A DNA stretch of 60,345 nucleotides, the filler included, from Catajapyx aquilonaris (taxonomy: Eukaryota), in the NCBI GenBank assembly GCA_000934665.2. It is 3 parts of 3 records of this genome, joined end to end, with 100 filler letters (N's around TTAATTAATTAA, not from the genome) between each part and the next. Parts side by side here need not be neighbours in the genome. Positions count along the whole stretch, not along the records: positions 1 to 19,489 come from JYFJ02006461.1; 2 more parts are not named here. The stretch is one strand, 5' to 3'. This document shows positions 1-11,790 of this stretch, piece after piece (position 1 is the first letter of the stretch; every line of letters begins with the position of its first letter). The position numbers were made by a program, and so were the translations under genes. Below the pieces are notes generated by a model. The model saw only the letters and a program-made list of their open reading frames with translations. It had not been told where the DNA came from and searched no databases.

Positions 1-127
1 CTCTCTAGCGGTGCTGGGTAAGTGGGTAGGCCCGGGCGGGAACGCGTAGCGCCGAAGGCGCGCCAATTGGGGCGCAGCCCCAAGGGGGGGTGTGGGGCGG
101 CGGAGCCCCCCCGCCTCGCAATGCGAG
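1..127 (+). mobile_element. 3' end of a non-autonomous Helitron-like element (same terminus as 17876-18963)
   Basis: Same hairpin run (cgccgaaggcg / ggggcgcagcccc / ggcggagccccc / ctcgcaatgcgag) as the copies ending at 18437 and 18963; followed by T as in those copies. Confidence 0.6.
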
Positions 128-134
128 TTAGATA

Positions 135-745
135 TTAAATTCCCCCGCAGAATTACTCGTAGGAATTCATTTTACTTATGGACATTGTCGGGACAATCGA
201 AATCTCCTCTCAACGTTGGGGACACTGTCACCCTTTTCCGAATCCTAGTTTGGCCGTAATTAAGCCTCAAAGATCACCCTGCATTTTGAACTCATACGGT
301 TACAGTCAGCCCGACCTCTCTCGTCCCGAGATTTCTAGGGATATTCCATATTTAATTCTTCCGTAAAATAACCAGTGCTGGGCATTTATAGCAAATACGG
401 TCCTCGTTGGAACATGTGAAATCTCCTATCAACGACGAGGGCACTGTCACACGCATACAACTCCTAGTTTTGCCGCAATTAATTCCCAAAGGTCACTCTG
501 CATTCTGGACCCAGACGCGGTTACAGTCAAAGCAGACCTATTTTGTCCAGCGGTTTTTGTCGTGATATAAGCTAATTAATTCCCCCGTAAATTAGCCGCC
601 CGGTCTGTAATATAAATTGGACGTCGTCGGGACAGTCGAAATCTCCTCTCGACGACGGGAGCATTGTCACTCTCCTCCAACCTCTATAGTTTGGCCGCAA
701 TTAATTCCCAAATGTCACCATGCACGTCTGGACCCACTCCCCTTA
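135..745 (+). repeat. Diverged tandem repeat, about 3 units of ~220 bp
   Basis: The motif gaaatctcct..caacg..ggg..ctgtcac..cctagttt.gccg.aattaa recurs near 200, 418 and 638. Confidence 0.75.
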
Positions 746-991
746 TACATCCTAGGCGCTCTCCCAGCTATTTGCGTAGGTACCGGCTCGGCTACCTCTC
801 TGCCTGGGCCCGGGGCCTGCCCCACCGGCCCACCCTGGCCCCCTCCCTGCCCACATAGCGCGTGCTCAGCCCTGTCTACTGCTCTCCCTGCCTCTTGCCA
901 AGCTCATGCCCTGTCTGCTGCCTGCTCGAGTACCCCCGCTGTCGTCCATCTTGGATTCGACTTCAGCGCCTCTACAGGCCGTGGGTCTCGC

Positions 992-2131
992 GAATTGGCA
1001 AGCGATTCTTTTTTGTTTTTTTCAATTGTTTTTTTTTTTTCACTGCATGTAGCTCCTATGTGATTTAGATCCAATATGGCGGTGAGACAATACCCTGTCT
1101 CAGAGTAACCTCCATGAGTGCCTCCCCCACCTAGACAGGGTATTGTCTCTCCGACATATTGGACCTAAATCACATTGGATCTGCATGCAGTGAAAAAATG
1201 TCCTTGAAAAAAATAATTGGACGCTTGCCAATTTCCTATCCTCCAGCATGCAATCTAGCTCCAATATGGACGCCCCATAAGGACCACGTGGAGACAATAT
1301 ACCCTGGTTAGGGTGGGGGAGGCAACCATGTAGGGGACCCTGCCCTGTCTAGGTGGGGGTGGCACTCATGTAGGTGACCCTGCCCGCGGCCACCGGGAGA
1401 AGTTGGATACCGGCCACCTGGCGGCTGCCTGAGGAAGTTGCATACCCGACACCAGCAGCGCGAGTTTGGAATGCAGTTCGGGGTCGGATATTTCTGGCTG
1501 CTGCCAATGCATATATGTTGTCACCGAGGTGTTACTTTCCGGACCTCGCCTTTGCTTGGTCCCTAATTGTTTACGGGTGGACTACATCTGTTGCTCCCGC
1601 ATCAGATCCCCATGACTAAACGCCCGGAGGGAACGACTGGAAGGTGACACATATTTATGTTTAGCACTTCGGCATGGGGGTTTATCATTTCTGGCCTTCC
1701 AGTCCGCCTTATCGAGGCGGGTGGTATCTTCCTCGGCAGCCTCCATTCCAGGTCGCGTACTGGTACTCTCCTTTTCCATTACGGAACAGATTCGCTGGAC
1801 CATGCGCTGGACTGCGCCATCTTGGAATAACCGCGACGCGTTTGAGAATAGCAGCTAAAATGTGTTGGGGCCAGAAGATTGCTAATGGCACTATTGCGAC
1901 TAAATTGTTGTATGCGGGAGCAGCAGATGTAGGCCACCGGTAAACAATTAGGGACCAAGCAAAGGCGAGGTCCGGAAAGTAACACATCGGTGACAACATA
2001 TGCACTGGCAGCAGCCAGTAATATCCGACCCCGAACTGGATTTCAAACTCGCGCTGCTGGTGACGGACCCGTATCCAAGGTGGATAGAGATTCGGGTATC
2101 CAACTTCCTCAGGCAGCCGCCAGGTGGCCGG
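992..2131. repeat. Cluster of inverted repeats (foldback-like)
   Basis: Arms ~992-1099 / 1132-1233, ~1112-1140 / 1343-1370 and ~1409-1601 / 1912-2131 are reverse complements. Confidence 0.75.
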
Positions 2132-2887
2132 GGGGAGATGTCGCCGAGACTGGAGGGGCAGCAGCAGGTGGCCGGGGGTGGTGTGGCCGAGACTGGACGG
2201 GCAGGGGGTTTGCAGACGGCCTACTTTGACATTTATTTCGCGGATTACCGTTCGCCTCAGAGAAAAACGGATCGCATTCTCGGAATCAGGATTTTTTGCC
2301 TGATTTTTAGAGGCCAACTTGTATTTTGAGTGGAGTGTCCCTTTAAGGAGGAGATCAAGAGAATTTGTTCCTTCTTCGAGTTCCAACTCTGGCCGAAAGA
2401 GGAGACAGTGGATCCTACCCTCCGTACACAAAAAGAAGGGTCGCTTTTGGGATTGACCATTCCCTCGAGGCACAATAAAATCTGTGAAAATTGGGGTTCC
2501 CCCAACTTCTAGTAGTTCTCAAATCAGTCAAATTTTGAGAAAATTATTATTTGCCAAAAACCTGTAGCTAAACATAAAAATCGGCTTTGTAGGTCCGGAG
2601 CACCTCATTTTTGCGCATTTTTGAGTGCTTGTTACGACATAACTCAAAATATTTTACGACTGCGTAAATTACTCCCGAATGCAAATGACTTTTTGTAATA
2701 CTACATTAAGAATATGGGAAAAGTACAGTGTACATGTGTAAGAGAGAGGTCAGTATGTTGCACTTACACAAAAAAATCGGTTCTGCTGTTGTTAGTTAGC
2801 GAGAACTTTACTCCCAAATTCTCTTTATCCCCCCCCCCCCTAAGGGGCCTCTTTATCCCCCCCCCCCCTTTAAGGGTCTGACTCACT

Positions 2888-3153
2888 GCCTTCTGGGAGC
2901 CCGGGGAATTTCTAACTTCCTCCGGCCCGCCCATCTTCGGAGAAATTGATGCAAGGTGCTGAGCATCCCATGTCACATGCGAGACATTCTTCATCAGATT
3001 GGTTACGATGTCTATATATTGTGGATTGGTAAATGATCTCACATAGGCGAACATGGATGTGGAATCGACGGGAAAGAGAATTCCCGCCGTCTACTATGCG
3101 ATCATAATATTCACCAAAAATAGCTTGAGTAGTGCGTACAGTGTGTATATCAT
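2888..3153 (-). pseudogene. Possible decayed first coding exon of a secreted protein (weak M28 aminopeptidase resemblance)
   Basis: ATG at 3153 gives hydrophobic MIYTLYALLKLFLVNIMIA, then TAG TAG, then an open frame ...QYIDIVTNLMKNVSHVTWDAQHLASISPKMGGPEEVRNSPGSQKA ending at a gtgagt donor (2882-2887). The family resemblance is by eye only. Confidence 0.25.
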
Positions 3154-4024
3154 GTCTATACAATAGTAGGTAATAAACTAATAATTATTTCAGTTTACTC
3201 AAAAGGGTCAACTCATTTATTCTATCATAATTCATATTGTATGTACAGTACAACATCTTGGTACGCGTGTGGGCGGCGGGAACTGAAACGCCGCGTCGCT
3301 ACTGAGAGGTACGGTATTTATTTTGGCATGACAAGTCCGTAGATCGTAGTTTAATATAATTACGACATTTGAATGAATGTAGTAGGAACCCATCGGGCAC
3401 CATTTTCAGGTTTTTCTGTCACATATTAGCAGAAAAATGAACGTAGTAGTAATGCAAGACCATATGCGCTTCCAGAAAAACAGGACTAGATGTTGCCGCT
3501 AGCGCATCTGGCGGCCGAGCCCGCAACCATCTCCTTGGCCCAATTTGGGCTTCACCTTTCGGAGGGAGCTCAAGGCGGCTGATACCACCAATGCTCTTTT
3601 GCCGTGAAGTGGCATGGCCGCCAATTGCATGAAAGTGGTGGCGCCACTTTCCACGTGGTTGGAAAGCTTTACGGCCTCTACACTCTACCCTATTTATACC
3701 TCGTTGGTAGAATAATTATATTGACTGTATGGAAGCATGTGCGTGTCTTTCGAATGGTTGAGCTTCTCAAAATATTGACACTAGATCACTAGTCGCCGCT
3801 GCTCACTAATCAAAATATTACCAGACCGGACCATGTCGCTGCCGTTACATCCAAGTTCGTTGTGTAACAGAGAAGCTGCCCCTCTTTGACTATGGTGCTG
3901 AACAGCCTTCCGTCCACCTTGAGTTCCTGCTAGGGCAATAAACATGATGCTCCGAATATGCCTGTAGGCCAGGCATACATTAGACACGTTTTCTGTGTAA
4001 CATAATTCACAATAAGTGCTTACC

Positions 4025-4374
4025 GGGGAGGTGTAGATGGCCGAGATGGTAACGTCTCGGCTTGCTGAGTGAAAGGCCCCAGGTTCGATCCCCGCCTGGG
4101 AAACTTTCCTTTCACCTGCGTCAGGAGGGTCTCTAACCTGCACCAAGGAGGCGTCTGGCAACCTAACCTCCTGGGGAACAGCACATGACCCCTTTACCGA
4201 CATTGCACTTGCACCAATGTTCCCTCCCCAAAAATCCCTATCCCTACCCTACATCCTTGACTCCTTGCACCGGTGAATGAAGTTAATACAGGAAAATGGA
4301 TTGAAATTGTGGTATTCCACCCCCCTAAAAAGGCTCAGCCTTATCACGGGATAACGTAAGGAAAACAAAAAAAA
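4025..4374 (+). mobile_element. tRNA-derived SINE (family A)
   Basis: A-box TGGCCGAGATGG, B-box GGTTCGATCCC, A-rich tail, 16-bp TSD acaataagtgcttacc (4009-4024 / 4375-4390); second copy at 46058-46403. Confidence 0.9.
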
Positions 4375-5574
4375 ACAATAAGTGCTTACCATTCCATTCA
4401 CATGACTGTGTGACATCGTTAGAGTATGCTTAATTAAAGACTGCAGTCACACGTGACATCTACCCAAGAATTTAGTGGACATTTGGCAACCACAATAGTT
4501 AAGTACATCTGATTAAAACATTACCTCCCCACTCACGCCTCAGTCATGACATGCCTTACTTCCCTGTTCAAGTACAGAACATGATTGTGTTCAACAATAA
4601 TACTGTAAATCTCATAAGCACATGGTTGAAGGCCACCTTATATACCATCCTGCATAATGATGATCAGTGCATAGCAATTAGCTAATTACACTGTAGTGAC
4701 CTGCAAGGGTGTCAATATTGCTACTCGCATGAGAGGTCCCTTCAGCTACATTACAGCCATTGAGCCATGAACACTAGGCCCATAGACCTTAGAGCACGCT
4801 CTAAGGTCTACAGCCTACACATGCTCTGCGAAGTCTTCCTGCTGCAGAACTTCTTCCTCTTCGGAGTCCAAGGTTGGGGAATGCACATGAAGACCACCGA
4901 GTTTCCCATCACCCACCTACCCACCCACCCTCTGGATAAAAGGCCAGATGCCCCTCCCTTAGACGTATTCATGCTCTTTCCCACCTCAAACAAACAAAAT
5001 CCCAGGCGGATGAGGATACCTCAGTGACAATAGGGACACACTGGACGACTTTGACCATGACACATTTGAGAAATCATTAATAAATATTATATTCACGGAT
5101 ATTTACTTGGTGGGAATATGCATTTTGTGTTGTTCTTATGCATAAGAGGAGAATGTGTTCAGCTTGAAGTTCATCAAAATGCAAGGTCTGCATGCTTGCG
5201 AACATAATAGGGCCTACTCGGCTTGATGATTGATCATTTTTTGTTTCTCTGGTACAGTACTGTACGTTGAGAGGCAGACCTAGCAGGATAAACATTCACA
5301 TCACTTGGAAATGGTGTCTGATGCTGTCTGAAGACAAGTGAATGAGTTTTCTGTTTATTTTCTCGCCTGACACAATCATCATGTTCACACGGCAATTGGA
5401 CCTGTTACTGAAAGCATGCGTGTCAACGCCCCCATTTTCCTCCTGACGCTGACGGCAGAAAAACCACGTTTTTTTCACACCTTTATTTTCATCATACATA
5501 AAACACTCCATACTGTATTCTTACACCAACTATAGCGTGATGTCTCTGTTCATCATTATGCAAACTATTTCTAA

Positions 5575-5720
5575 CAAGGGGTTAACCACTTCGGTACTCC
5601 GGTGTACACATACAGTGGTATTCCCAGGTAGGCTATTCCTTATGTACCTTTGGTACTCCTTGGTACTCCTTGAATTTGGTACTCCAGTGTACACTTTACA
5701 GTCTAGTGGTTAACCCCTTG
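5575..5720. mobile_element. MITE with 8-bp TSD (P- or hAT-like)
   Basis: 16-bp TIR caaggggttaaccact / agtggttaaccccttg; TSD atttctaa on both sides; lies 33 bp beyond the FPPS stop codon. Confidence 0.85.
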
Positions 5721-5753
5721 ATTTCTAATCTAGTGCAGTTCTGATACATTTAT

Positions 5754-7778
5754 TTATCGCTTCCTGTCTAGGATTTTGTTAAGAAAGGCTGTGCAGAGGC
5801 CCCGCATGTTCGGATTCTTCATGTTGGAGATATCCTGCAGGATCGAGTTCTTGGAATTGTCTTCGAACTTCCTGTACATCTCCTGAATATTGAGGTCCCT
5901 GTAGAGGTTCTTAACTCGGGACACGTGCTTGGGGTCCTCGGATCCGTAGTTCTTCTGAAATGGGAAGGACGTGCGATGGAGGTCGGGACACTCACAAAAC
6001 ATTGAGAAATTCGTTCAGGTATCATGAAGCAGGCAGGAGAAGCAAAGTGCATGATGCCCTTGATGTAGTACAGTACCTCCAGGACCATCCTCTGATGCTC
6101 ATCCGCGTGCTTGAGGGCAGTGACCACCAGCCAGGAGCACTTTCCCTCCTCGATGTCCGTCCCTACCTTACCCATGACCTCTGGGTCACCGAAGCAGTCC
6201 AAGTAGTCGTCCTGGACTTGGAAGAGGTGACCAATCTTCAAGAGGACGGCCTCCACCTCCGAGTGACTTCTCTTGTCAAACAATCCAGCCTAATATACAG
6301 TAATTATGAATTAATAATGTTCATGGAAACGTACGTACAGTACGTACAGTACATCATGATTTATCAGATGTACAATCGGCTGCAAATAGTATCCTGGTCT
6401 TGAAGCAACCCTTCGCACAGGCCCCACGGACCGTGGGGCCTGTGCCGGAACTATTTGCAGCCGATAGTACCAAAAGAATACATTGAAAAAATAGAGTATT
6501 AGTTATGGTGTGGATCATAGATTTCCTGTGAGGGACAATTTCATAAATACTTGTTAACTTTGCTTCGACTTACTGTAGGCCTACTGCTGTTTTCTGAAGT
6601 GGCCTTTTTATTGCCCCTACACTGCATTACATAAATTCATTATCATAATTTCTTTAAGAATTCTTACCATGATCATTGCTAGTCCCACGGGGAGATAAAA
6701 GGAGTAATATGAGGTCTTGTACTTGACTATTGTTGCGTATCTCTCTTCGGTGCGAGCTGGGGCTTGCTTCCGGATGAGGTCAGAAGGTCCAGGCACTGTC
6801 CCTTCTCCGTTTTGAAAATAATCTTTGAAAGAAAAGCATGTCCACAATATAATTATGCGTCTCATTCCTGATTGCATGGTTGAGAGTTAACCTTCATACT
6901 GTACGAAAGGTTCTTTCTCTTTACCAATTATTTTGTATTTCATAATACTTTCTAATAATTATTAATAACAACGGTTAACTTTGCTGCCTGAGGTAGAGAT
7001 ATAATCCAGGCATGAAGGGTTATGTAGTACATTTTGTTTTATTTGTAGAATATGTCAAGTATCGGGGTGATTTTGAGCGAGTTTATGACCACCAACTGAT
7101 GACTTATTATAGTATTAATGTTTCCCTCTATTAAAACATGTTTCTGGAGCATTACCTCGTTTAATAGGTCGACGCACTTGGTGTAGTAGGTCTGGTCTCG
7201 GTGGTACTTCCACAGGATATGGAAGGCCGCCCTTTCCATGAGCAAGGCGTCGTTGAATGCCTTTGGTCCCAGTCCGTTGGTCAAGTACCAGCAGGGCTGG
7301 CCCTTCTGGTCTTGGAATTGTCCATTATGTCGTCCGCCACCAAAAAGACTGCCTGCAGCTGTGGAAACAACATTACGTATACCGTATAATATTGTTTGAG
7401 AAAGTTATAATTTATTGTGCTTAATGGTTCAGGCAAGCGCACTGTACTAAAAACTCACCAGCTCGATGCACCAGCCCAATACGTGTGCCAACCTGATGTT
7501 CTCTTCTGTGACATCTTCCTTCTCTGCCAGGACGGAAAATGAATTGGCCACCATCGTGCCTCTGTTCAGTTTCCCTCCGAGAAGGTTGTAGTTCAACATC
7601 TGCAATGACAAATATATGTGAAGAGATCTGCGCACAGTCTAACTAGAGTCCTGACCTTTTTGAACCAACTGTCAAAGTCTCTCAGCCCATGGTCGTGCTT
7701 TTCGGAGATGGTCAGGCTCTTAATGACCTCAGAGGTCAGCGCCAAGAAAGAGTCACTGTCTCGGTTCTTAGATCCCAT
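5754..7778 (-). pseudogene. FPPS: Farnesyl diphosphate synthase-like gene, disrupted (probable pseudogene or assembly-damaged copy)
   Basis: Exons 7778-7656, 7599-7459 (GGKLNRG), 7358-7156 (FARM DDIMD), remnant 7023-6974 (CLDYIS), ~6751-6668 (IVKYKTSYYSF), 6289-6077 ([26 protein letters not shown]), 5954-5754 (ends ILDRKR*). There is a 1-bp deletion in RRGQPCWY at ~7301-7303. The GQxLD exon lacks its acceptor AG and several codons. Confidence 0.9.
6373..6467. mobile_element. Tiny Tc1/mariner-type MITE in an FPPS intron
   Basis: TIR caatcggctgcaaatagt / actatttgcagccgatag with TA flanks; central hairpin gcacaggccccacgg-a-ccgtggggcctgtgc. Confidence 0.75.
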
Positions 7779-7837
7779 CTCTTTAACACTCTCTGAAAGC
7801 GAAAAGTACAGTATAGTCTCTAAATATCCATTTATCA

Positions 7838-8177
7838 GGGGGGCGGAATGGCGCTGCGGTAAGTTATGCGCCCACGGATGTTAATGTCCCGGGTTCGATC
7901 CCAACCCAAGGTTAACCCCTCATCTCGTGCAGAGTTCGGCCGTCTCTGGCTTCGTCTCGGGCGGAATCGCCGACAGACTAATCCATCCGGGGGAGTTCAC
8001 AAAATGATCAACCTACGACATTGCACTGCACCTTGCAATCCCCTCCTGTCATCCTGCCCGTGGTCCGTAGGACCGGGGGTTTCAAAAATCAAAAGGTTCG
8101 ACTGTCCTATGTACAAAATAACGGTACAATAAATGTCCGTGCGATATACCGCAAGAGGGTCAAGCACTACACAAGGA

Positions 8178-8243
<66 letters not shown>
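7838..8243 (+). mobile_element. tRNA-derived SINE (family B) with (TTA)n tail
   Basis: A-box-like TGGCGCTGCGG, B-box GGTTCGATCCC, ends in a (tta)n tract at 8181-8243; no clear TSD. Confidence 0.7.
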
Positions 8244-8246
<3 letters not shown>

Positions 8247-8608
8247 TGGCTTAAATGACACGAGAGGATCATGTTATGTAGAGGAGTCATTATGTCTGGG
8301 CAGCCTCATTACTGAGATAATTGATCACTTGCGATTTAGCGATTGGGCCTAAGAGTGATTGTAGCAGATTGTCACAGATTGTCCCAGATCGTCCCAGATC
8401 ACATTCGACATGCAGTACACATGCGACATGCTAGTAGCCAAATGGAAAAGCTGCGATTTTCACCCGTGATGCGATTTCGGGGCTGAAGGTTTCCACACCT
8501 CCCAGGATACTTTGTACTTGTCGTTTGAAGGCAATTATCTCAGTAATGAGGCTGCTCAGACATAATGACTCCTCTACATAACATGATCCTCTCGTGTCAT
8601 TTAAGCCA
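8247..8608. mobile_element. MITE with ~75-bp terminal inverted repeats
   Basis: tggcttaaatgacacgagaggatcatgttatgtagaggagtcattatgtctg... mirrored at ~8532-8608; TSD not resolved. Confidence 0.75.
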
Positions 8609-8679
8609 CGGGTACAGGTCTGACTGGTCGGTTCACGGTCACCCTGTATAATATTCAATTTTGCGGATATACTGTATAA

Positions 8680-8830
8680 AGGCCATTTCACAAAAAAAAT
8701 GTCGCGCGGCAAACGGCGCGACTTGCGGCAAATTTTATTGTTGCCAACAATTGGCAACAATAAATATAAATAAAAATTTGCCGCAAGTCGCGCCGTTAGC
8801 CGCGCGACATCTTTTTTTGTGAAATGGCCT
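8680..8830. mobile_element. PIF/Harbinger (Tourist-like) MITE
   Basis: TIR aggccatttcacaaaaaaa..tgtcgcgcggc..; 3-bp TSD TAA. Confidence 0.85.
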
Positions 8831-8931
8831 TAACGTGTCTTCACTTTGAGCTCTGGTAAAGGGGTTCTACGCTATCATTTTAAGTATGAGTAGCCTATAC
8901 TGAAGTTATCGTGGGTCACACCAACCACTTA

Positions 8932-9049
8932 AGGCCAATTCACAAAAAAAAATGTCGCGCGGCAAACGGCGCGACTTGCGGCAATAAAAATTTGCCGCAA
9001 GTCGCGCCGCGCCGTTTGCCGCGCGACATTTTTTTTTGTGAATTGGCCT
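8932..9049. mobile_element. PIF/Harbinger (Tourist-like) MITE, second copy
   Basis: Same TIR family as 8680-8830; TSD TTA. Confidence 0.85.
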
Positions 9050-9087
9050 TTATAGTATGGAACCTCTCGAAGTGCCACGCGAACTTC

Positions 9088-9405
9088 GCGGTGGGGAGCA
9101 AAAAAATGACTTAAAACCGGTATTTTCGACTGGTGGTACGGTGTGCGTATTGAAGAAGCACGGCATGGGTCCGAAAGGCCAGCGACTATCCGTTTTGCAA
9201 ATGTCGACCTTTGACATCACCGATGTCCATCCTTGCAAGTGTGGATATTCCTATACAGTACAGGCTTACATTGCCCGTTTCCGGGGCCAGGCGTTCGCAC
9301 TACTAGACCATTTCTCAACCGCCTGACTCCGGCAACCAGCGATAGAGGCATGTATACCACCAGTCGAATATACCGGTTTTAAATAATTTTTTCCCCGCCC
9401 ACCAC
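9088..9405. mobile_element. Degenerate inverted-repeat element
   Basis: aaaaccggtattttcgactggtggta (~9113-9138) versus taccaccagtcgaatataccggtttt (9355-9380). Confidence 0.5.
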
Positions 9406-9479
9406 CACATCACGACCCATGAGAAGTACCTTATCTTGAATAATAATAATTTACAATTTCAGGCTTAGCCATGATATTT

Positions 9480-10100
9480 CCCATCCCAAGAAACTGCTAA
9501 GCACCCAAATTCTCGCCAATAGCACTAATCATATAGATTCCTCAGAGCCTTTTATCAAGTTTTCCATTTTTGACCTTTTGACCCTGTATCTCAAAAGCGC
9601 TTGAGATAGAGGATTTACCCTTCTTTTTAGCAGGTAAGGTACCCGGGAAAAAACTATGTGAACATGAAGTTCGCGTATAGCACTTCGAGGGGTTCCCTTA
9701 GAGACAATAGGCTTCGCACACATTTCATGGAATATCCTGGAAGGTGTGCTTCCCTCCGCTCGACCTTAATCTTTTCAATAACCTTTAGGGCTTACTGTGT
9801 CATTTAAATTTAAGATCAATCTCATTAGGATTTTCAGGCAATGACATAGGCGATGGAATTGTCGCAGGCTGTTGCGGCCACATAGTAGAAGTTATAATGA
9901 TATTAATGGTAATCGTTGTCTCTGTAACTAGGCCACGGAGACCCATGGTACCTATTTACTAACAAAGAACTCCTAGAAAATCTTCTACCTTCTCCCATGA
10001 AGCGAAGGCACATTACATTATTTTCATAACCCCTAACGGCTCTTTTTATGACTTGGCAATATTTTTACGACCACCTTTTGCTGTCACAAATCCGTAATGA
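9480..10100 (-). mobile_element. Possible heavily decayed non-LTR retrotransposon ORF2 fragment
   Basis: Broken frames reading ALKVIEKIK...EPLEVLYANFMFT*FFPGYL resemble the PLxxLFN...GxFP stretch upstream of LINE reverse transcriptase; many stops. Confidence 0.25.
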
Positions 10101-11603
10101 AACGGAGCCTCACTGCAATTACTTTTGTCATAGGAATCCCTCAATCAGAGCAGCCAGATCCGTCTTTAATCCTACCTTCCAAAGGTTTCATCGTCTGAGA
10201 AACTTTTTAACGGATATCACCATAGCAGTGATTGGGGGATGCAAATGACAAGTGCCAGGACCAACCATGAGATCTCTATAGTTGTGGGTACCGTACCGTC
10301 ACGAAGATCAGGACTGTCCACAGAGATGAAAACGACGGACCAACAACGGCTATGGACTGACACTGCTGGGCGCTCACTCATCAGATTTATATCCGATGTT
10401 CTAACGAGAGAATAACTTCTTCAAGGTTACGACTCGTGTTACGTAGCACATGAACCTTGCCAATTTTATACCCTAGATCGTGCAGATGACTGGAAATGTG
10501 TTTTTGTGAGTACATTGCTAATATGTGAGTAGAACTGATATCTGTTTTAGCATCGACAAAAATGACCCTTGCAGGACACGTCACAGAGGATGTCAGGTAA
10601 TATGCATCTGGCAGTAAACATTATAAGAAAGTACCTCACTAATAATTTCTCCCGAATCAAATTGCATTACAGTATAAAATCAAGATGAATCATTTTGTGC
10701 GATAAGATGAAACATTTTCAATGAGAATGAATCCATAAATATTCTAGGAAGAGAGTCCACTTTTCCGTATTTTACTGTATTTCCTACATTCTCTAGAACT
10801 AGATGGATATTTTAAGATCAAACTGCCAAAACGGCCATTGGGCGAAAAAAACGTGCATAACGCAGAATGCTCTTTGGCAAACGACCCATTCCGCAGAATG
10901 GATGGAGCATTCTGAAGTCTGCAAGTTTTTTCGCCCAATGGCTGTTTTCGGGGTTTGAGCCTAACAGATATACTGAGCCACGGATTAACACCTTGTCGCC
11001 TATTACCATAATCATATCACACACTCAACTGATTCATTCTGATCCACACTGCCAATCTTGTGTATTTAAGTCCATAACCGAGAGCAAACAATTGCGCAAG
11101 AGTGATCGCATAACAAGTTAGTATTCTATGAAGGACGTGCATGTTTTATTGTCATTATATAGTCTAAATCCACCACTTCGTCGACATGACGTCCGCAATG
11201 TAGCAAGGACGTCCGACGGGGGGAAAACCTTTTCGCTACAATATCTCGTAATCACTGACAATCAGACGAAAGTAGTTTACAAAGTGGATTCAGTTACGTC
11301 GTCGTATCCCAGGGCAACTATTAAGAGTGGTTTGGCTGCAGATGACACTGGCTAGGGGCAGTCAGACCACTCTTGTATAACTTTTTTTCATGCGTGTATA
11401 AGGGAAAGAAGGAACTTTCTTTAATGCCGGTCTCATATTACAATAATTTTCAAGTTTTCTTGAACTATAACACATTTTGTAGAGCAACTGAATACCTGAA
11501 CGGGGCCACCCTTTGCCACGACCTCCTCTGATTATGACCAAAGTATAGTATGTTGTGGTACCCATACATGTATGTCGTACGTAACCAGGTTTGTACGGAT
11601 AGA

Positions 11604-11790
11604 GTGAACCCGGAAAACCGGAAATGGCGGGTCACCGAAAGTTGACCTTGACACCTATTTAGGTCACGCTTTCAGTTAATCCGAATATGAAAACTGTTTG
11701 TCGCTATTTTTGGAGGTTGAGGCTCTGATACCTGTCCACAGACGGACAGACGGACAGACAGACAGAGGATGATTGCAAATTGCTCCCTTG
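11604..11790 (+). mobile_element. Helentron/DINE-1-like interspersed element fragment
   Basis: tgaacccggaaaaccggaa.tggc.ggtcaccg.aag.tgacc...ctgatacctgtcca followed by a (GACA/GACG)n microsatellite; matching copy on the - strand at 37681-37803. Confidence 0.6.

Noticed and set aside
1709..2473. 254-aa ORF and overlapping ORFs at 617-2500
   Set aside because: They lie in GC-rich inverted repeats, the same peptide appears on both strands, and no domain is recognisable.
4025..4100. Functional tRNA genes at the SINE heads (also 7838 and 46330-46403)
   Set aside because: Imperfect cloverleaf followed by a SINE body and tail; family A copies have TSDs.
7936..7995. Self-cleaving ribozyme inside SINE B
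   Set aside because: Only a simple nested hairpin is visible; I could not build HDV, hammerhead or twister cores.
7997..8290. Poly-Asn / poly-Ile ORFs
   Set aside because: Translations of the (TTA)n tail.
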